From an uncultured Melioribacter sp. (lineage in GTDB: Bacteria; Bacteroidota; Ignavibacteria; Kapaibacteriales; Kapaibacteriaceae): a stretch of 64,000 nt of DNA. Below, one piece after another: positions 30,119 to 40,287 of this stretch. Location of the stretch: positions 1,863 to 65,862 of the forward strand of contig CAYMTW010000004.1 in assembly GCA_964393485.1 (NCBI GenBank), read 5' to 3'. The notes under the pieces were generated by a model. That model saw nothing but the letters and a program-made list of their open reading frames with translations, had not been told where the DNA came from and did not search any database. A program made the position numbers and the translations under genes. The stretch's first letter is position 1. The number at the start of each line of letters is the position of its first letter.

Positions 30119-31255
30119 ATGAACGTCGCGTTTGATGCCAGTGCGATCCTTGGACGCAGCGGAATCGAACGGTATTCCCGTGAGCTCATCAAGGGGCTCC
30201 TCCGGAACAACCTCGTCGATGGGGTAACGCTGGCTGCCAGTGATGATGATGCGTCGAAGGTTGCTGCCTACTTCGCCCCCTTCAGCGGCGCGCAGGTGAT
30301 TGAGTGTCTGCCCCACGAACGCAAGTTTGGTGCCCCCCTGCGTGGCCTGATGCGTCTGGTTCAGCGCAATCGCATGTCGAGCGCTTTTACTGGGAGCGAC
30401 ATCGTGCATCTGCTCTCTCCCGGGAAGGTCATCCCGCGTCAGCGTCCAGTGGTTACAACGGTTCATGACCTATTTCCCATGTATCCGGAAATGGGGCTCG
30501 ACCCGATCCTTGTTCGACGGTTTCCGGGACGTGTTCGCCGCCATCTTGAAGCATCAAGCGCGATCGTGTGTCCGTCGGCATATACAGCATCGACCATACG
30601 GGAGTTCTTTCCCGCGTGTCGCCTGCCGATCCATGTTACGCCACTCGCGGCTGGTGAAGAGTTCACGCCAACGCCACTTGATCTTGATGTGATTGAGCGT
30701 TATCTGCTGCTCAAGCCGTATATCTTGTTTATCGGTCGCGTCGATCCGCGAAAGAATCTGCACCGCATGATGCAGGCCTGGTCGCTGCTACCGGAATCGC
30801 TACGTCGTCATGCCGAGTTCATCCTGATGATAGCTGGCGGTCAGGCGCAAGCTGACCAGTTCCGGGAGGGGCACCGTTCGGTTCTGGCAGACACCTCCAT
30901 TCGGGTCATTACCGATGTCCCGACGGACCACATGGTACAGCTTCTTTCCCAGGCGCGGGCTCTTGCCTTTGCTACACTTGGTGAAGGCTTCGGACTACCG
31001 GTGCTCGAGGCGATGCGCTGCGGCTGTCCGGTCATCACTTCGCAGACCACCTCGCTTCCGGAAGTAGGGGGCGATGCTGCTCTGTACGTCGATCCCACGC
31101 TCACAGAATCAATCACGCAGAGGATGCAGCAGTGTCTTGAGGATGATGCACTCGTCTCGCACCTTCGTGCGGCTGGACTGCAGCGCAGCGAGCACTTTAC
31201 CTGGGATGCAACAACACGAGCCACTGCCGACGTGTATCGCTCAGTCTGCGGATGA
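30119..31255 (+). CDS. Glycosyltransferase family 4
   Basis: TVHDLFP, FIGRVDPRKN, EGFGLPVLEAMRCGCPV. Confidence 0.92.
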   Translation: MNVAFDASAILGRSGIERYSRELIKGLLRNNLVDGVTLAASDDDASKVAAYFAPFSGAQVIECLPHERKFGAPLRGLMRLVQRNRMSSAFTGSDIVHLLSPGKVIPRQRPVVTTVHDLFPMYPEMGLDPILVRRFPGRVRRHLEASSAIVCPSAYTASTIREFFPACRLPIHVTPLAAGEEFTPTPLDLDVIERYLLLKPYILFIGRVDPRKNLHRMMQAWSLLPESLRRHAEFILMIAGGQAQADQFREGHRSVLADTSIRVITDVPTDHMVQLLSQARALAFATLGEGFGLPVLEAMRCGCPVITSQTTSLPEVGGDAALYVDPTLTESITQRMQQCLEDDALVSHLRAAGLQRSEHFTWDATTRATADVYRSVCG

Positions 31256-31259
31256 TGCC

Positions 31260-32387
31260 ATGGCTGATACTCTGATCAAACGACTAGAACTTGCCGTGCG
31301 CGGATGGTACAACGCGCGCGTCGGTCGTGGTGCGGCTCCAGTCATCGTTGACGCTCCGTTCGAGTGTGTGCAGCGTTCGAATGTCCAACGGATTTTGTTG
31401 CTCCGGCAGGATCGCATCGGTGACGTGATCGTCAGCACACCGATCATTCGTGCGCTGCGACATTGGATGCCCCACGCTCGCATTGACATGGTTCTTTCAA
31501 CCAACAACATTGCCGTGCGTCAGGCGGTTGAGCCGTATGTCGATCGCATCCAGGTCTTCCGCAAATCCGTGCTGCATCTTCTGCTGTTGCGCCGCGCGCT
31601 CCGACGTGAGCGCTATGACCTGGTCATCGACCTCATGGATAATGCGTCGTCCACTTCTGCTCTGCTGGTTTCGGGTGCACATGCCCGCTTTGCGATCGGC
31701 GTTGATAAGGTTAACCGTGGCGTGTATACCCATGTTGTGCCCCTTGCCGATCAGTCACGTGTGCATATCGTCGAACGAATCGCACGCTTAACGTGGCCTC
31801 TTGGGATATCCATTGAGGGTGATGATCTGCGTCTTTCTTTTCCGCTCTCCGATCAGCAGCGATCTTCTGCACGGCAGGCTCTTGCACGGGACTCCTCAGA
31901 GCGCATCCTTGCCGTGAACATTTCCGGCTCGGATACGCATCGGATGTATCCCGAGGAGAAAATGATCAGCGCCCTTTGTCAGATCCGTGAATGGTGCCGC
32001 AGCCGCTCAATCGATGATGTCGGCATGCGGATCATGAGCGCGCCGGCTCATGCAGACATGGCCAAGCGAATCGCTGCTGCATCTGGTGTGGCGGTGATTC
32101 CGCCACAATCCTCCTATGGTTCATTTGCGGCCTGTATCACGGAAAGCGATATGCTACTGACGCCCGACACGTCGGCCGTGCATGTGGCGGCCGCGCATGG
32201 AATTCCCAGTGTGGTGCTGTTTTCGCAGGATGCTCGCGGACTTTTGCCCTGGACGCCCTACGCAAGCCCGTGCTGGCCATGCATTACGGACAGTGGAGCG
32301 CTCGAGGCGATCAATCCATCGGAGGTTGTACATGCCGTGCAGCAGTTGATCCTGCAGACCACGACACGGAACGGACACGATGCGTAA
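31260..32387 (+). CDS. Glycosyltransferase family 9 (LPS heptosyltransferase-like)
   Basis: RQDRIGDVIVSTP, RERYDLVIDL, TPDTSAVHVAAAHGIPSVVLF. Confidence 0.9.
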   Translation: MADTLIKRLELAVRGWYNARVGRGAAPVIVDAPFECVQRSNVQRILLLRQDRIGDVIVSTPIIRALRHWMPHARIDMVLSTNNIAVRQAVEPYVDRIQVFRKSVLHLLLLRRALRRERYDLVIDLMDNASSTSALLVSGAHARFAIGVDKVNRGVYTHVVPLADQSRVHIVERIARLTWPLGISIEGDDLRLSFPLSDQQRSSARQALARDSSERILAVNISGSDTHRMYPEEKMISALCQIREWCRSRSIDDVGMRIMSAPAHADMAKRIAAASGVAVIPPQSSYGSFAACITESDMLLTPDTSAVHVAAAHGIPSVVLFSQDARGLLPWTPYASPCWPCITDSGALEAINPSEVVHAVQQLILQTTTRNGHDA

Positions 32388-32422
32388 CTTTCGGCCCTGA
32401 ATTCATCAATAACCTCCACGAC

Positions 32423-34198
32423 ATGCACTTCGAAAAACGCACACGTACCTGCGGTGAGCTTCGTCCGGCAGATGATGCTACAACCGTGATCCTCAACGGC
32501 TGGGTTAATGCCCGACGCGATTACGGAGGGGTCATCTTCATTGACCTGCGCGATCGTGATGGTGTGACGCAGGTTGTGGTCGATTCGGCCCACACTCCAG
32601 ATCTAGCAACGTCGATCGATGCGGTGCGCTCGGAGTTTGTGCTGTGGGTCAAGGGGCAGGTGCGACTGCGCGAAAATCCCAACCCCAAGATCCCAACCGG
32701 TCTGATCGAGATTCTTGCCGACGACATAGGGATCATCAACGCTGCTGACCTTACTCCGTTTGAGATCGTCGATGATTTGGCAACCAATGAAGAGCTGCGC
32801 CTGACGTACCGCTATCTCGACCTGCGACGTCCAGCTCTGCAGCGGAACTTTCTTGTTCGTAACAAGCTCTATCAGATCACGCATCGCTTCTTTGAGCAAG
32901 AGGGCTTCCTAGAAGTAGAAACACCAGTTCTGACGAAGTCTACACCGGAAGGCGCTCGCGACTTCCTTGTGCCGAGCCGCATGAACAAAGGCCGGTTCTA
33001 CGCCCTTCCACAGTCACCGCAGCTGTTCAAGCAGCTTCTGATGGTTTCGGGCTTTGACAAATACATGCAGATCGTCAAGTGCTTCCGCGATGAAGATCTG
33101 CGTGCCGACCGTCAGCCGGAATTCACACAGATCGACGTCGAGATGTCATTCATCACGCAGGAAGACATCCTTGCTCTTACCGAGCGGTTCATAGCAACCG
33201 CCTGGAAAGAGATCCTTGGTATCGACGTCGAGACGTCGTTTCGTCGTATGAGCTTTCATGAAGCTCTCAACCGCTATGGTTCCGACAAGCCGGACATCCG
33301 CTACGGCCTGGAGCTGGTGGACGTCTCGGCCCTGGCAGCTGCGAGTTCCTTCGGGATCTTTTCGAGCACCGTTGCCGATGGCGGCGTGGTCATGGGCCTG
33401 AACGCCCGGACTTGTGGAGGATTCTCCCGCAAGCAGATCGACGAGCTGACCGAGCATGCGAAGAAGTACGGTGCTAAGGGGCTCCCTTGGCTCAAGCTTG
33501 TCGATGGCGAGATCACCGGTTCGTTTGCCAAGCAGCTTACCGGCGACGAAGCATTGCAGCTTAGCGCGGCTCTCGGTGCCGAGAATGGTGATCTTCTCCT
33601 GTTCTTCCCGGGAGAGTGGGAGCGCGCCTGCACCATCGGCGGGGCATTGCGCACAGAGATCGCCCGACGCTGCGGCATCCTTGAGCAGCTGGCCGGAACG
33701 TACTCATTCCACTGGGTGATGGAGTTCCCGCTGCTCGAGTACAGTCCCGAAGAGTCCCGCTGGATCGCTCGTCATCACCCGTTTACAGCACCGATGAACG
33801 AGGACGTCAGTCTTCTGCACTCCGATCCGACGCATGCGCGCGCCGTTGCCCATGACCTTGTGATCAATGGCTATGAGGCGGCAGGGGGCTCGGTGCGTAT
33901 TCATACCAATGATGTGCAGCAGCGGATGTTCGATCTGCTCGGATTCGAGCGTGAAGATGCTGAACAGAAGTTCGGTTTTCTGCTCAATGCTCTGCGGTTT
34001 GGAGCGCCCCCTCACGGCGGAATAGCGTTTGGTTTTGACCGCCTGGTGATGCTGCTCTGCGGCACGGAAAATATCCGTGATGTGATCGCGTTTCCGAAGA
34101 CCACATCTGGTCTGTCGTTGATGGACGGCTGTCCGTCAGGCGTTGATGAGCGCCAGCTCGCCGATGTGGGCATCCGCACCTTGGGCGATCGTCCATGA
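32423..34198 (+). CDS. aspS: Aspartate--tRNA ligase
   Basis: [10 protein letters not shown] fold, [48 protein letters not shown]. Confidence 0.97.
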   Translation: MHFEKRTRTCGELRPADDATTVILNGWVNARRDYGGVIFIDLRDRDGVTQVVVDSAHTPDLATSIDAVRSEFVLWVKGQVRLRENPNPKIPTGLIEILADDIGIINAADLTPFEIVDDLATNEELRLTYRYLDLRRPALQRNFLVRNKLYQITHRFFEQEGFLEVETPVLTKSTPEGARDFLVPSRMNKGRFYALPQSPQLFKQLLMVSGFDKYMQIVKCFRDEDLRADRQPEFTQIDVEMSFITQEDILALTERFIATAWKEILGIDVETSFRRMSFHEALNRYGSDKPDIRYGLELVDVSALAAASSFGIFSSTVADGGVVMGLNARTCGGFSRKQIDELTEHAKKYGAKGLPWLKLVDGEITGSFAKQLTGDEALQLSAALGAENGDLLLFFPGEWERACTIGGALRTEIARRCGILEQLAGTYSFHWVMEFPLLEYSPEESRWIARHHPFTAPMNEDVSLLHSDPTHARAVAHDLVINGYEAAGGSVRIHTNDVQQRMFDLLGFEREDAEQKFGFLLNALRFGAPPHGGIAFGFDRLVMLLCGTENIRDVIAFPKTTSGLSLMDGCPSGVDERQLADVGIRTLGDRP

Positions 34199-35064
34199 TC
34201 CGACGGGCCGTGACAGGTGCAGTCCTGGCAATCGTCGCCATTGCCGCAGTCGATGCGCAGTCGCAAGAAGCCGCCAATGAAAAATTCGAGGCGGGTCGGG
34301 TAGCTCGTCTCGAAGCAACGGCTCGAGACTCCGGGTGGGTGCGCCTGCCCCTTGGCGTGCTTATGGCCAGACTTGGTTATGAACTTGTCGGCACGCCGTA
34401 CGTGGGTGGCACACTCGAAGGTGATGGTCCTGAGGTATGCCGTGTTCGCCTGGACGGACTAGACTGTGTGACCTTCTTCGAGACGGTGCTCAATCTTGCG
34501 CGGAATCTCAAACTCGGTGCGTCTGGATTCGACCGGCTTTTAGAGAGCGTAACTCGCACCCGGTATCGTGCAGGCCGACTTGATGGATACACGAGTCGTC
34601 TGCACTATACCACCGAATGGTTCCTCGATAACGAGGCCAAGGGCATCGTCAAAGATGTCTCGCAGCAACTCGGTGGACGTCCGACACAGATGAAGCTCGA
34701 CTTCATGTCCACCCACCCGCAGTATTACTCCGCATTGCGCGCAGACACGTCGGCAACTCAGCGTATTGCCGCGATCGAACGCCGATTACAGTCAAAGACC
34801 ATGCACGTCATCCCACGTGAGAAGATCGCCGACATAGAGTCACAGCTGCACGATGGTGACATCGTTGCTATCATGACATCGAAGAAGGGGCTCGACTACG
34901 CTCACACCGGGATCGTTGTTCGCCAGGGGAATCGTGCGCGTCTCATGCACGCATCGTCCACCAAGAAGCAGGTCGTCTTCGACGGCTATCTCGCCGATGT
35001 CATTGCCCGGGTGGATACCTGGACGGGAATCAGTGTTGCACGCCCGAATGACGTTGGACGCTAG
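34195..35064 (+). CDS. DUF1460 N-acetylmuramoyl-L-alanine amidase-like protein
   Basis: Signal peptide; GTPYVGGTLE, LDCVTF (Cys), RLHYTTEW, GLDYAHTG (His), HASS. Confidence 0.88.
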   Translation: MIRRAVTGAVLAIVAIAAVDAQSQEAANEKFEAGRVARLEATARDSGWVRLPLGVLMARLGYELVGTPYVGGTLEGDGPEVCRVRLDGLDCVTFFETVLNLARNLKLGASGFDRLLESVTRTRYRAGRLDGYTSRLHYTTEWFLDNEAKGIVKDVSQQLGGRPTQMKLDFMSTHPQYYSALRADTSATQRIAAIERRLQSKTMHVIPREKIADIESQLHDGDIVAIMTSKKGLDYAHTGIVVRQGNRARLMHASSTKKQVVFDGYLADVIARVDTWTGISVARPNDVGR

Positions 35065-35770
35065 GCCCTGTGTGCTGCACATGCGCGGTGATGGCGTGAA
35101 AAACCTCGTCTACTGTAACTCTTCGTCCAGCTACCTCGGACAACGTCGCACTTGAGGTGCCGATCGATGTGCGCAATGCATCGCGCTCTTGATCAGTGGC
35201 TCTGATCACTTCAGAAAGACCTTCATGACCAGGTCCGCACAGAATTGAACCATGCTGCAACAGTACACCGTCGATGACCCGTTGCGCCGAGCCCACAACT
35301 TTACGTCCGTGCCAAAGGATCTCGCTGCGTGCGTGGGACGTAAAGCAGGCCTGACCCATCGGACCATTGGCGGCGTAGTGCGTTCGGAGATCCGAGTCGA
35401 GACTGGCAAACGTGAGGTCTGAACAGAGCGCAGACAGTGAAGCAAAGAGGAGATGGTGAATCTCTGCATACACGCCGCGCGCGTGCAGACTGTCCTGAAC
35501 AGGCGTACAGATGCAATATGTGACCTCATCGGCATGAAGTACAGCACGTCCGCCTGTGGGGCGGTGAACAACGTCGAGCCCGCTGCGATGCAAGGCATCG
35601 AGATCAATTGCTTCAAGGGGCTGGTGCTTTCCTAGCGATACACACCAGGGCTGCCAGGAATAGAGACGCAGAGTTGGTGGAACCTGACCGTGGCGCACCT
35701 GCTCCCAGAGCTCGAGGTCACGCCGCATGTTCTCGGCACCCGTAGCGCTACCGCTGACGATCAGCTCCAT
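35030..35770 (-). CDS. Lipoate-protein ligase A/LipM-family octanoyltransferase
   Basis: TLRLYSW, RPTGGRAVLH, KVVGSAQR, LQHGSIL. Confidence 0.88.
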   Translation of the reverse strand: MELIVSGSATGAENMRRDLELWEQVRHGQVPPTLRLYSWQPWCVSLGKHQPLEAIDLDALHRSGLDVVHRPTGGRAVLHADEVTYCICTPVQDSLHARGVYAEIHHLLFASLSALCSDLTFASLDSDLRTHYAANGPMGQACFTSHARSEILWHGRKVVGSAQRVIDGVLLQHGSILCGPGHEGLSEVIRATDQERDALRTSIGTSSATLSEVAGRRVTVDEVFHAITAHVQHTGPSVQRHSGVQH

Positions 35771-35772
35771 TG

Positions 35773-36981
35773 TTACCGTCCGTGCACGCGAAGGAATCGC
35801 AGTTTGCCTACGCGTAGGATTACTGGTGTCGTAAGATCAATGATCGCCATTGGATCGATGATCTTCACGGCATCGATCGAGACGCCCCCTTGCTGAATGA
35901 GCCGGCGAGCCTCGCTCTTGGATGCCACCATGGAAGTGACGCTGAGCAGCGTAATGATATCCATCGAGGTGCCGTCCACGAAGGTATCATCGATCACATC
36001 TGGGATGTCCTTGCGCACGAATACGCGCTCGAATTCGGCAAACGCTTCGTCGGCTGCTGCCTGACCGTGGTAGAGGCCGACGATTCGCTTGGCCACGTCC
36101 ACTTTGGCCGTGCGCGGATGCAAGGTGCCGTCGGTAAGTGCAGCTTCCATGGCCGCGACGTCCTTGCCTGGGGCAAAGCAGCCGTAGCGGTAGTATCGCG
36201 AGATCATCGTGTCGGGGATCGACATCGTCTTGCCGAACATGTCCTTTGCCGAGTCGGTCAGAGCGATGTAGTTGTCCAGCGACTTGCTCATCTTCTCCAC
36301 GCCGTCGGTGCCTTCAAGGATTGGCATCGTCAGAATGCACTGCGGCTCATGGCCATAGGCTTTCATGATCTCGCGTCCGACAAGCAGGTTGAACTTCTGG
36401 TCCGTACCGCCAAGTTCGACATCGCTGCGCACGGCAACTGAATCATAGGCTTGCGATAGGGGATAGAGGAACTCGTGCACACTGATCGGTTCACCCGAGC
36501 GGTAGCGCTTGGTAAAGTCGTCGCGCTCGAGCAGCTGCGCAACCGTGTACTTGGCCGAGAGCGTGATCACTTCGCGAAAGGACATCGCATCAAGCCACTG
36601 CGAGTTATGAACAACCTCTGTCTTTGACATGTCAAGGATCTTTGCAGCCTGGTCGACATAGGTCTTGCCGTTCTCGCGCGTCTCCTCAAGCGTTAGTGCT
36701 GGACGAGTCTTGGACTTGCCCGTCGGGTCTCCGATCATAGCCGTAAAGTCCCCGATGATCAGCACCACCGTATGCCCCAGATCCTGAAACTGACGCAGTT
36801 TGTTGAGCACCACCGCATGACCGATGTGGATGTCCGGCCGACTCGGATCTAGTCCGAGCTTGGCCCTGAGCGGCACACCTGTGGCAATACTCCGCTCGAG
36901 TTTCCTGGCAAAGTCCTCTTGCGGCAGCAGATCAACTACGCCGTCCGAGAGAATGTCTAGTTGTTCTTTGAGGGTCTTCAT
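35773..36981 (-). CDS. tyrS: Tyrosine--tRNA ligase
   Basis: KLGLDPSRPDIHIGH, ELGGTDQKFN, KMSKS, C-terminal S4 domain. Confidence 0.97.
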   Translation of the reverse strand: MKTLKEQLDILSDGVVDLLPQEDFARKLERSIATGVPLRAKLGLDPSRPDIHIGHAVVLNKLRQFQDLGHTVVLIIGDFTAMIGDPTGKSKTRPALTLEETRENGKTYVDQAAKILDMSKTEVVHNSQWLDAMSFREVITLSAKYTVAQLLERDDFTKRYRSGEPISVHEFLYPLSQAYDSVAVRSDVELGGTDQKFNLLVGREIMKAYGHEPQCILTMPILEGTDGVEKMSKSLDNYIALTDSAKDMFGKTMSIPDTMISRYYRYGCFAPGKDVAAMEAALTDGTLHPRTAKVDVAKRIVGLYHGQAAADEAFAEFERVFVRKDIPDVIDDTFVDGTSMDIITLLSVTSMVASKSEARRLIQQGGVSIDAVKIIDPMAIIDLTTPVILRVGKLRFLRVHGR

Positions 36982-37003
36982 TGGTCATTGGTCATTGGTC
37001 ATT
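36979..37003. repeat. Tandem heptamer (CATTGGT)x3 + CATT at the smpB/tyrS junction
   Basis: Read directly; on the coding strand it is (AATGACC)n. Confidence 0.85.
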
Positions 37004-37455
37004 CGCCTGATTTCGCGCTTTTGCTCGCGTTCCTTCGTGGCTGCACGTTTGTCGTAGAGTTTTTTGCCACGCACAAGTCCAAGTTCCACTTTGACGTACG
37101 GCCCCGAAAAATAGAGACTTAGCGGCACAACCGTGAGCCCCTTCTCCTCGATGCCTTCGCGCAGACGCAGGAGCTCGTGATGCTTGAGCAGGAGTTTGCG
37201 TCGGCGAAGGGGCTCGTGGTTCTCCCTGTGACCGAAGTCGTAGGGGCTGATATGAAGGCCCATGAGATAGAGCTCATCGCTTTTGCGGTCTGGGAACATC
37301 GCATAGGCATCGGCCATGTTGACCTTGCCGGCACGCAGTGACTTGACCTCAGTTCCCATTAGGGCAATACCGGCCTCGAACCGTTGAAGAACCTCGTACT
37401 CGAAAAGGGCCTTACGGTTGGTGATGATGGGTCGTATGGTGCGATCGCCGGCCAT
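36985..37455 (-). CDS. smpB: SsrA-binding protein
   Basis: NRKALFEY, EAGIALMGTEVKSLR, HISPY, RKLLLK, GKKLYDKR. Confidence 0.97.
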   Translation of the reverse strand: MAGDRTIRPIITNRKALFEYEVLQRFEAGIALMGTEVKSLRAGKVNMADAYAMFPDRKSDELYLMGLHISPYDFGHRENHEPLRRRKLLLKHHELLRLREGIEEKGLTVVPLSLYFSGPYVKVELGLVRGKKLYDKRAATKEREQKREIRRMTNDQ

Positions 37456-37460
37456 GAATG

Positions 37461-37493
37461 AAAAAAGCCCCGCGTGCTGTTCACGGGGCTTTT
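37461..37493 (-). terminator. Intrinsic terminator downstream of tRNA-Ser
   Basis: Minus strand GCCCCGUG-loop-CGCGGGGC followed by UUUUUU. It is A/T-flanked on both sides, so may be bidirectional. Confidence 0.75.
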
Positions 37494-37500
37494 CTGTGTG

Positions 37501-37591
37501 CGGAGAGGGAGGGATTCGAACCCTCGGTAGCGGTTATTACCACTACGACGGTTTAGCAAACCGTTGCCTTCAGCCACTCGGCCACCTCTCC
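37501..37591 (-). tRNA. tRNA-Ser(GCT), CCA not encoded
   Basis: Minus strand GGAGAGG...TGGCCGAGTGG...ACGGT-TTGCTAA-ACCGT (anticodon GCT), long variable arm, GGTTCGAATCC T-loop, CCTCTCC-G acceptor/discriminator. Confidence 0.96.
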
Positions 37592-37601
37592 TTGCGGAGG
37601 G

Positions 37602-37667
37602 CAAATATAGCAAGTTCCTCGGCAAGAAGTGAAAGCCTCGCCTCGTGCGGCCGTGTTCGTACTTTTG
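37602..37667. promoter_or_regulatory. Divergent -7 elements for tRNA-Ser (-) and mutS (+)
   Basis: TATATTTG on minus (37609-37602) and TACTTTTG on plus (37660-37667). Confidence 0.6.
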
Positions 37668-37671
37668 CCCC

Positions 37672-40287
37672 GTGAAATCATCCGCCGAGACGCCGCTGAT
37701 GCGGCAATACCGCACGATCAAGCAGAAGCATGCTGACATGGTTCTGTTGTTTCGCCTTGGTGATTTCTATGAAACTTTCGGCGATGATGCTGTCACAACC
37801 GCCCGGGCCTGTGGTATCACCCTGACCAAGCGCAACAATGGGGCAGCCGGAGACATCCCGTTGGCCGGATTCCCGCATCATCAGCTTGATGCCTATTTGC
37901 CAAAACTGGTTGCCGCCGGACATCGTGTGGCGGTGTGCGAGCAATTGGAAGATCCAAAGCTTGCCAAAGGGTTGGTCAAGCGCGATGTCGTAGAGGTTGT
38001 TACCCCCGGTATCGTGCTCTATGATAAGATCCTCGATGCGTCGGCCAATACCTTTCTGGCATGTCTGGTGGCACCTTCCAAAGAGGGGCAGCCATGGGGT
38101 CTTGCCGTGATGGACGTTTCGACGGGATCCTTTACCGCCGGGGACGTGCCGCCAGAGAAGATCTCTTCGATGCTCGATGCGTTCCGACCTGCTGAAGTGC
38201 TGGTGAATAAGGATCAGCGGGAGCATTGGGAGCCCCTTCTCAATCGTCTTCAGAAGGCCCCATCGGTGTCGAGGCGAGAGCCATGGCATTTTGACTTCGA
38301 TACGGCCCAGCGCACGCTGCAGCAGCACTTTGCCTCGGCATCACTGAAAGGCTTCGGCATCGACGCGCAGGCGCGGGGCATCGTTGCCGCGGGAGTGGCA
38401 CTGGAGTACGTGGCGGACTCGCAGCGCGGAGCGCTTGCACAGATCACGTCGCTGCAGACGCTGCGTTCGGATGACGTGATGGTGCTAGACCCCGCTACGC
38501 GACGCAACCTCGAGATCTCCTCGACCATGTCGGGGCAGCCCGGCAGCGGAGCGCTGGTTGGCTTTATCGACATGACGCGCACGCCCATGGGGGCGCGTCT
38601 GCTGCGCTGGTGGGTTCAGACACCGCTGACGGATCGCGGACGCATTGATCGACGCCTGAGCGTCGTGGGCGGCCTGCTCGACGAGAACGAAAAGCGAATT
38701 CAGCTTCAGGAGCTCCTCAGTAGCGTCGGTGATGTCGAACGCCTTCTTACTAAGGTCATGACTGGCCGCGCAACGGCTCGTGATCTGGGAGCACTACGCC
38801 GAGGGCTTGAACAGATCCCCGACATCGCAGCCGTATCTGAGGCCATGGATTCTGAGGACGTCCGTTCTCTGGTTCGTGGTATCGAACCCCACAGCCCCGT
38901 CGTCGACCTTCTTCGGCGCGCGCTGGTGGATGAACCGCCAGTTGCCATCGGCACGGCCGGCATGTTCCGAGCAGGGTATAACGCAGATCTGGATCTGGTT
39001 GCGCAGGCCCTGCTCAACGGCAAGGACTGGATCACATCCTATCAGCAGTCCGAACGAGAACATACCGGCATTGCCACGCTTAAGATCGGGTTCACGTCGG
39101 TCTTCGGCTACTATATCGAGATCTCTAACGCCAATGCCGGCAAGGTGCCGGAACGCTACGAACGACGTCAGACACTGGCCAATGCCGAACGCTACATCAC
39201 CACGGAGCTCAAGCAGCTTGAGCAGCGCATTCTGACGGCGGAAGAAAGCGTTCGTTCGCTTGAAACAACCCTGCTTACCGAATTGCGACAGAGTATTGCC
39301 GCTCATGGTGAATCGATCCAGAAGACCGCTCAGCGTCTTGCCACCTTGGACGTACTTGCGGGCTTTGCTTCGGTAGCTGCCGAGTATGACTACTGCCGTC
39401 CGGAGCTGCATGACGGCTCCGAACTGCGTCTGGTTGGAGCACGCCATCCGGTGATCGAACGTTTACTGGGTCCGGGACGCCGGTATGTTGCCAACGACGT
39501 CTCCATGGATTCGGATGATGCACAGATCCAGATCGTTACCGGACCCAATATGTCGGGCAAGTCAAGCTATCTGCGTCAGGTTGGTCTGACGGTCTTCCTG
39601 GCCCACATCGGATGCTACGTGCCGTGCTCTTCAGCACGCGTGCCCATGACCGATCGGATCTTTACGCGGGTCGGTGCGCAGGACAACATCCTCTCGGGCG
39701 AGAGTACGTTTCTGGTCGAGATGCACGAGAGTGCCAACATTCTACACAATGCGACGCGGCGCAGTCTGATCCTGCTCGACGAGGTTGGACGGGGCACGGC
39801 AACGTATGATGGTATTTCGATCGCCTGGGCCATTGCGCAGTATCTCCATGACCGTGTCGGTGCAAAGACCATCTTTGCCACACACTATCACGAACTCACC
39901 GAACTGGCCGAACAGTTCACTCGCGTGCGGAATGTCCATGTTGAAGTGCGCGAAGTTGAAGACGACATCATCTTCACCCATCGTGTGGTCGACGGTCACA
40001 GCGACCATTCCTTTGGAATTCACGTAGCCCGCATGGCCGGAATGCCGTCGGAGGTGATTACCAGCTCTCGACAGATCCTCAAGCGTCTTGAGGATATGCA
40101 TCAGGGGGCTGAGCCAGTGAGTGTGGCCGTGGCGTCGGCAGCCGCCGCATCATTACCTGTGCAGCCGATGCTCTTCACTGTGCAGGATGATGAGCTGCAT
40201 CGTCGCGTTATGAATCTAGACATCGAGAACATGACACCATTGCAGGCCTTGCAGGCATTGTATGAGCTTCGAAAGAGTATTTCATGA
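37672..40287 (+). CDS. mutS: DNA mismatch repair protein MutS
   Basis: TPLMRQY, FRLGDFYETF, TGPNMSGKSSYLRQ, ESTFLVEM, DEVGRGT, ATHYHEL. Start refined to GTG 37672. Confidence 0.97.
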   Translation: MKSSAETPLMRQYRTIKQKHADMVLLFRLGDFYETFGDDAVTTARACGITLTKRNNGAAGDIPLAGFPHHQLDAYLPKLVAAGHRVAVCEQLEDPKLAKGLVKRDVVEVVTPGIVLYDKILDASANTFLACLVAPSKEGQPWGLAVMDVSTGSFTAGDVPPEKISSMLDAFRPAEVLVNKDQREHWEPLLNRLQKAPSVSRREPWHFDFDTAQRTLQQHFASASLKGFGIDAQARGIVAAGVALEYVADSQRGALAQITSLQTLRSDDVMVLDPATRRNLEISSTMSGQPGSGALVGFIDMTRTPMGARLLRWWVQTPLTDRGRIDRRLSVVGGLLDENEKRIQLQELLSSVGDVERLLTKVMTGRATARDLGALRRGLEQIPDIAAVSEAMDSEDVRSLVRGIEPHSPVVDLLRRALVDEPPVAIGTAGMFRAGYNADLDLVAQALLNGKDWITSYQQSEREHTGIATLKIGFTSVFGYYIEISNANAGKVPERYERRQTLANAERYITTELKQLEQRILTAEESVRSLETTLLTELRQSIAAHGESIQKTAQRLATLDVLAGFASVAAEYDYCRPELHDGSELRLVGARHPVIERLLGPGRRYVANDVSMDSDDAQIQIVTGPNMSGKSSYLRQVGLTVFLAHIGCYVPCSSARVPMTDRIFTRVGAQDNILSGESTFLVEMHESANILHNATRRSLILLDEVGRGTATYDGISIAWAIAQYLHDRVGAKTIFATHYHELTELAEQFTRVRNVHVEVREVEDDIIFTHRVVDGHSDHSFGIHVARMAGMPSEVITSSRQILKRLEDMHQGAEPVSVAVASAAAASLPVQPMLFTVQDDELHRRVMNLDIENMTPLQALQALYELRKSIS

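Noticed and set aside
37501-37591. tRNA-Ser as a genomic island attachment site
   Set aside because: It is flanked by smpB and mutS, with no integrase and no duplicated tRNA 3' end seen.
37359-37739. 126-aa ORF across the tRNA
   Set aside because: It spans tRNA-Ser and its terminator, so it is spurious.
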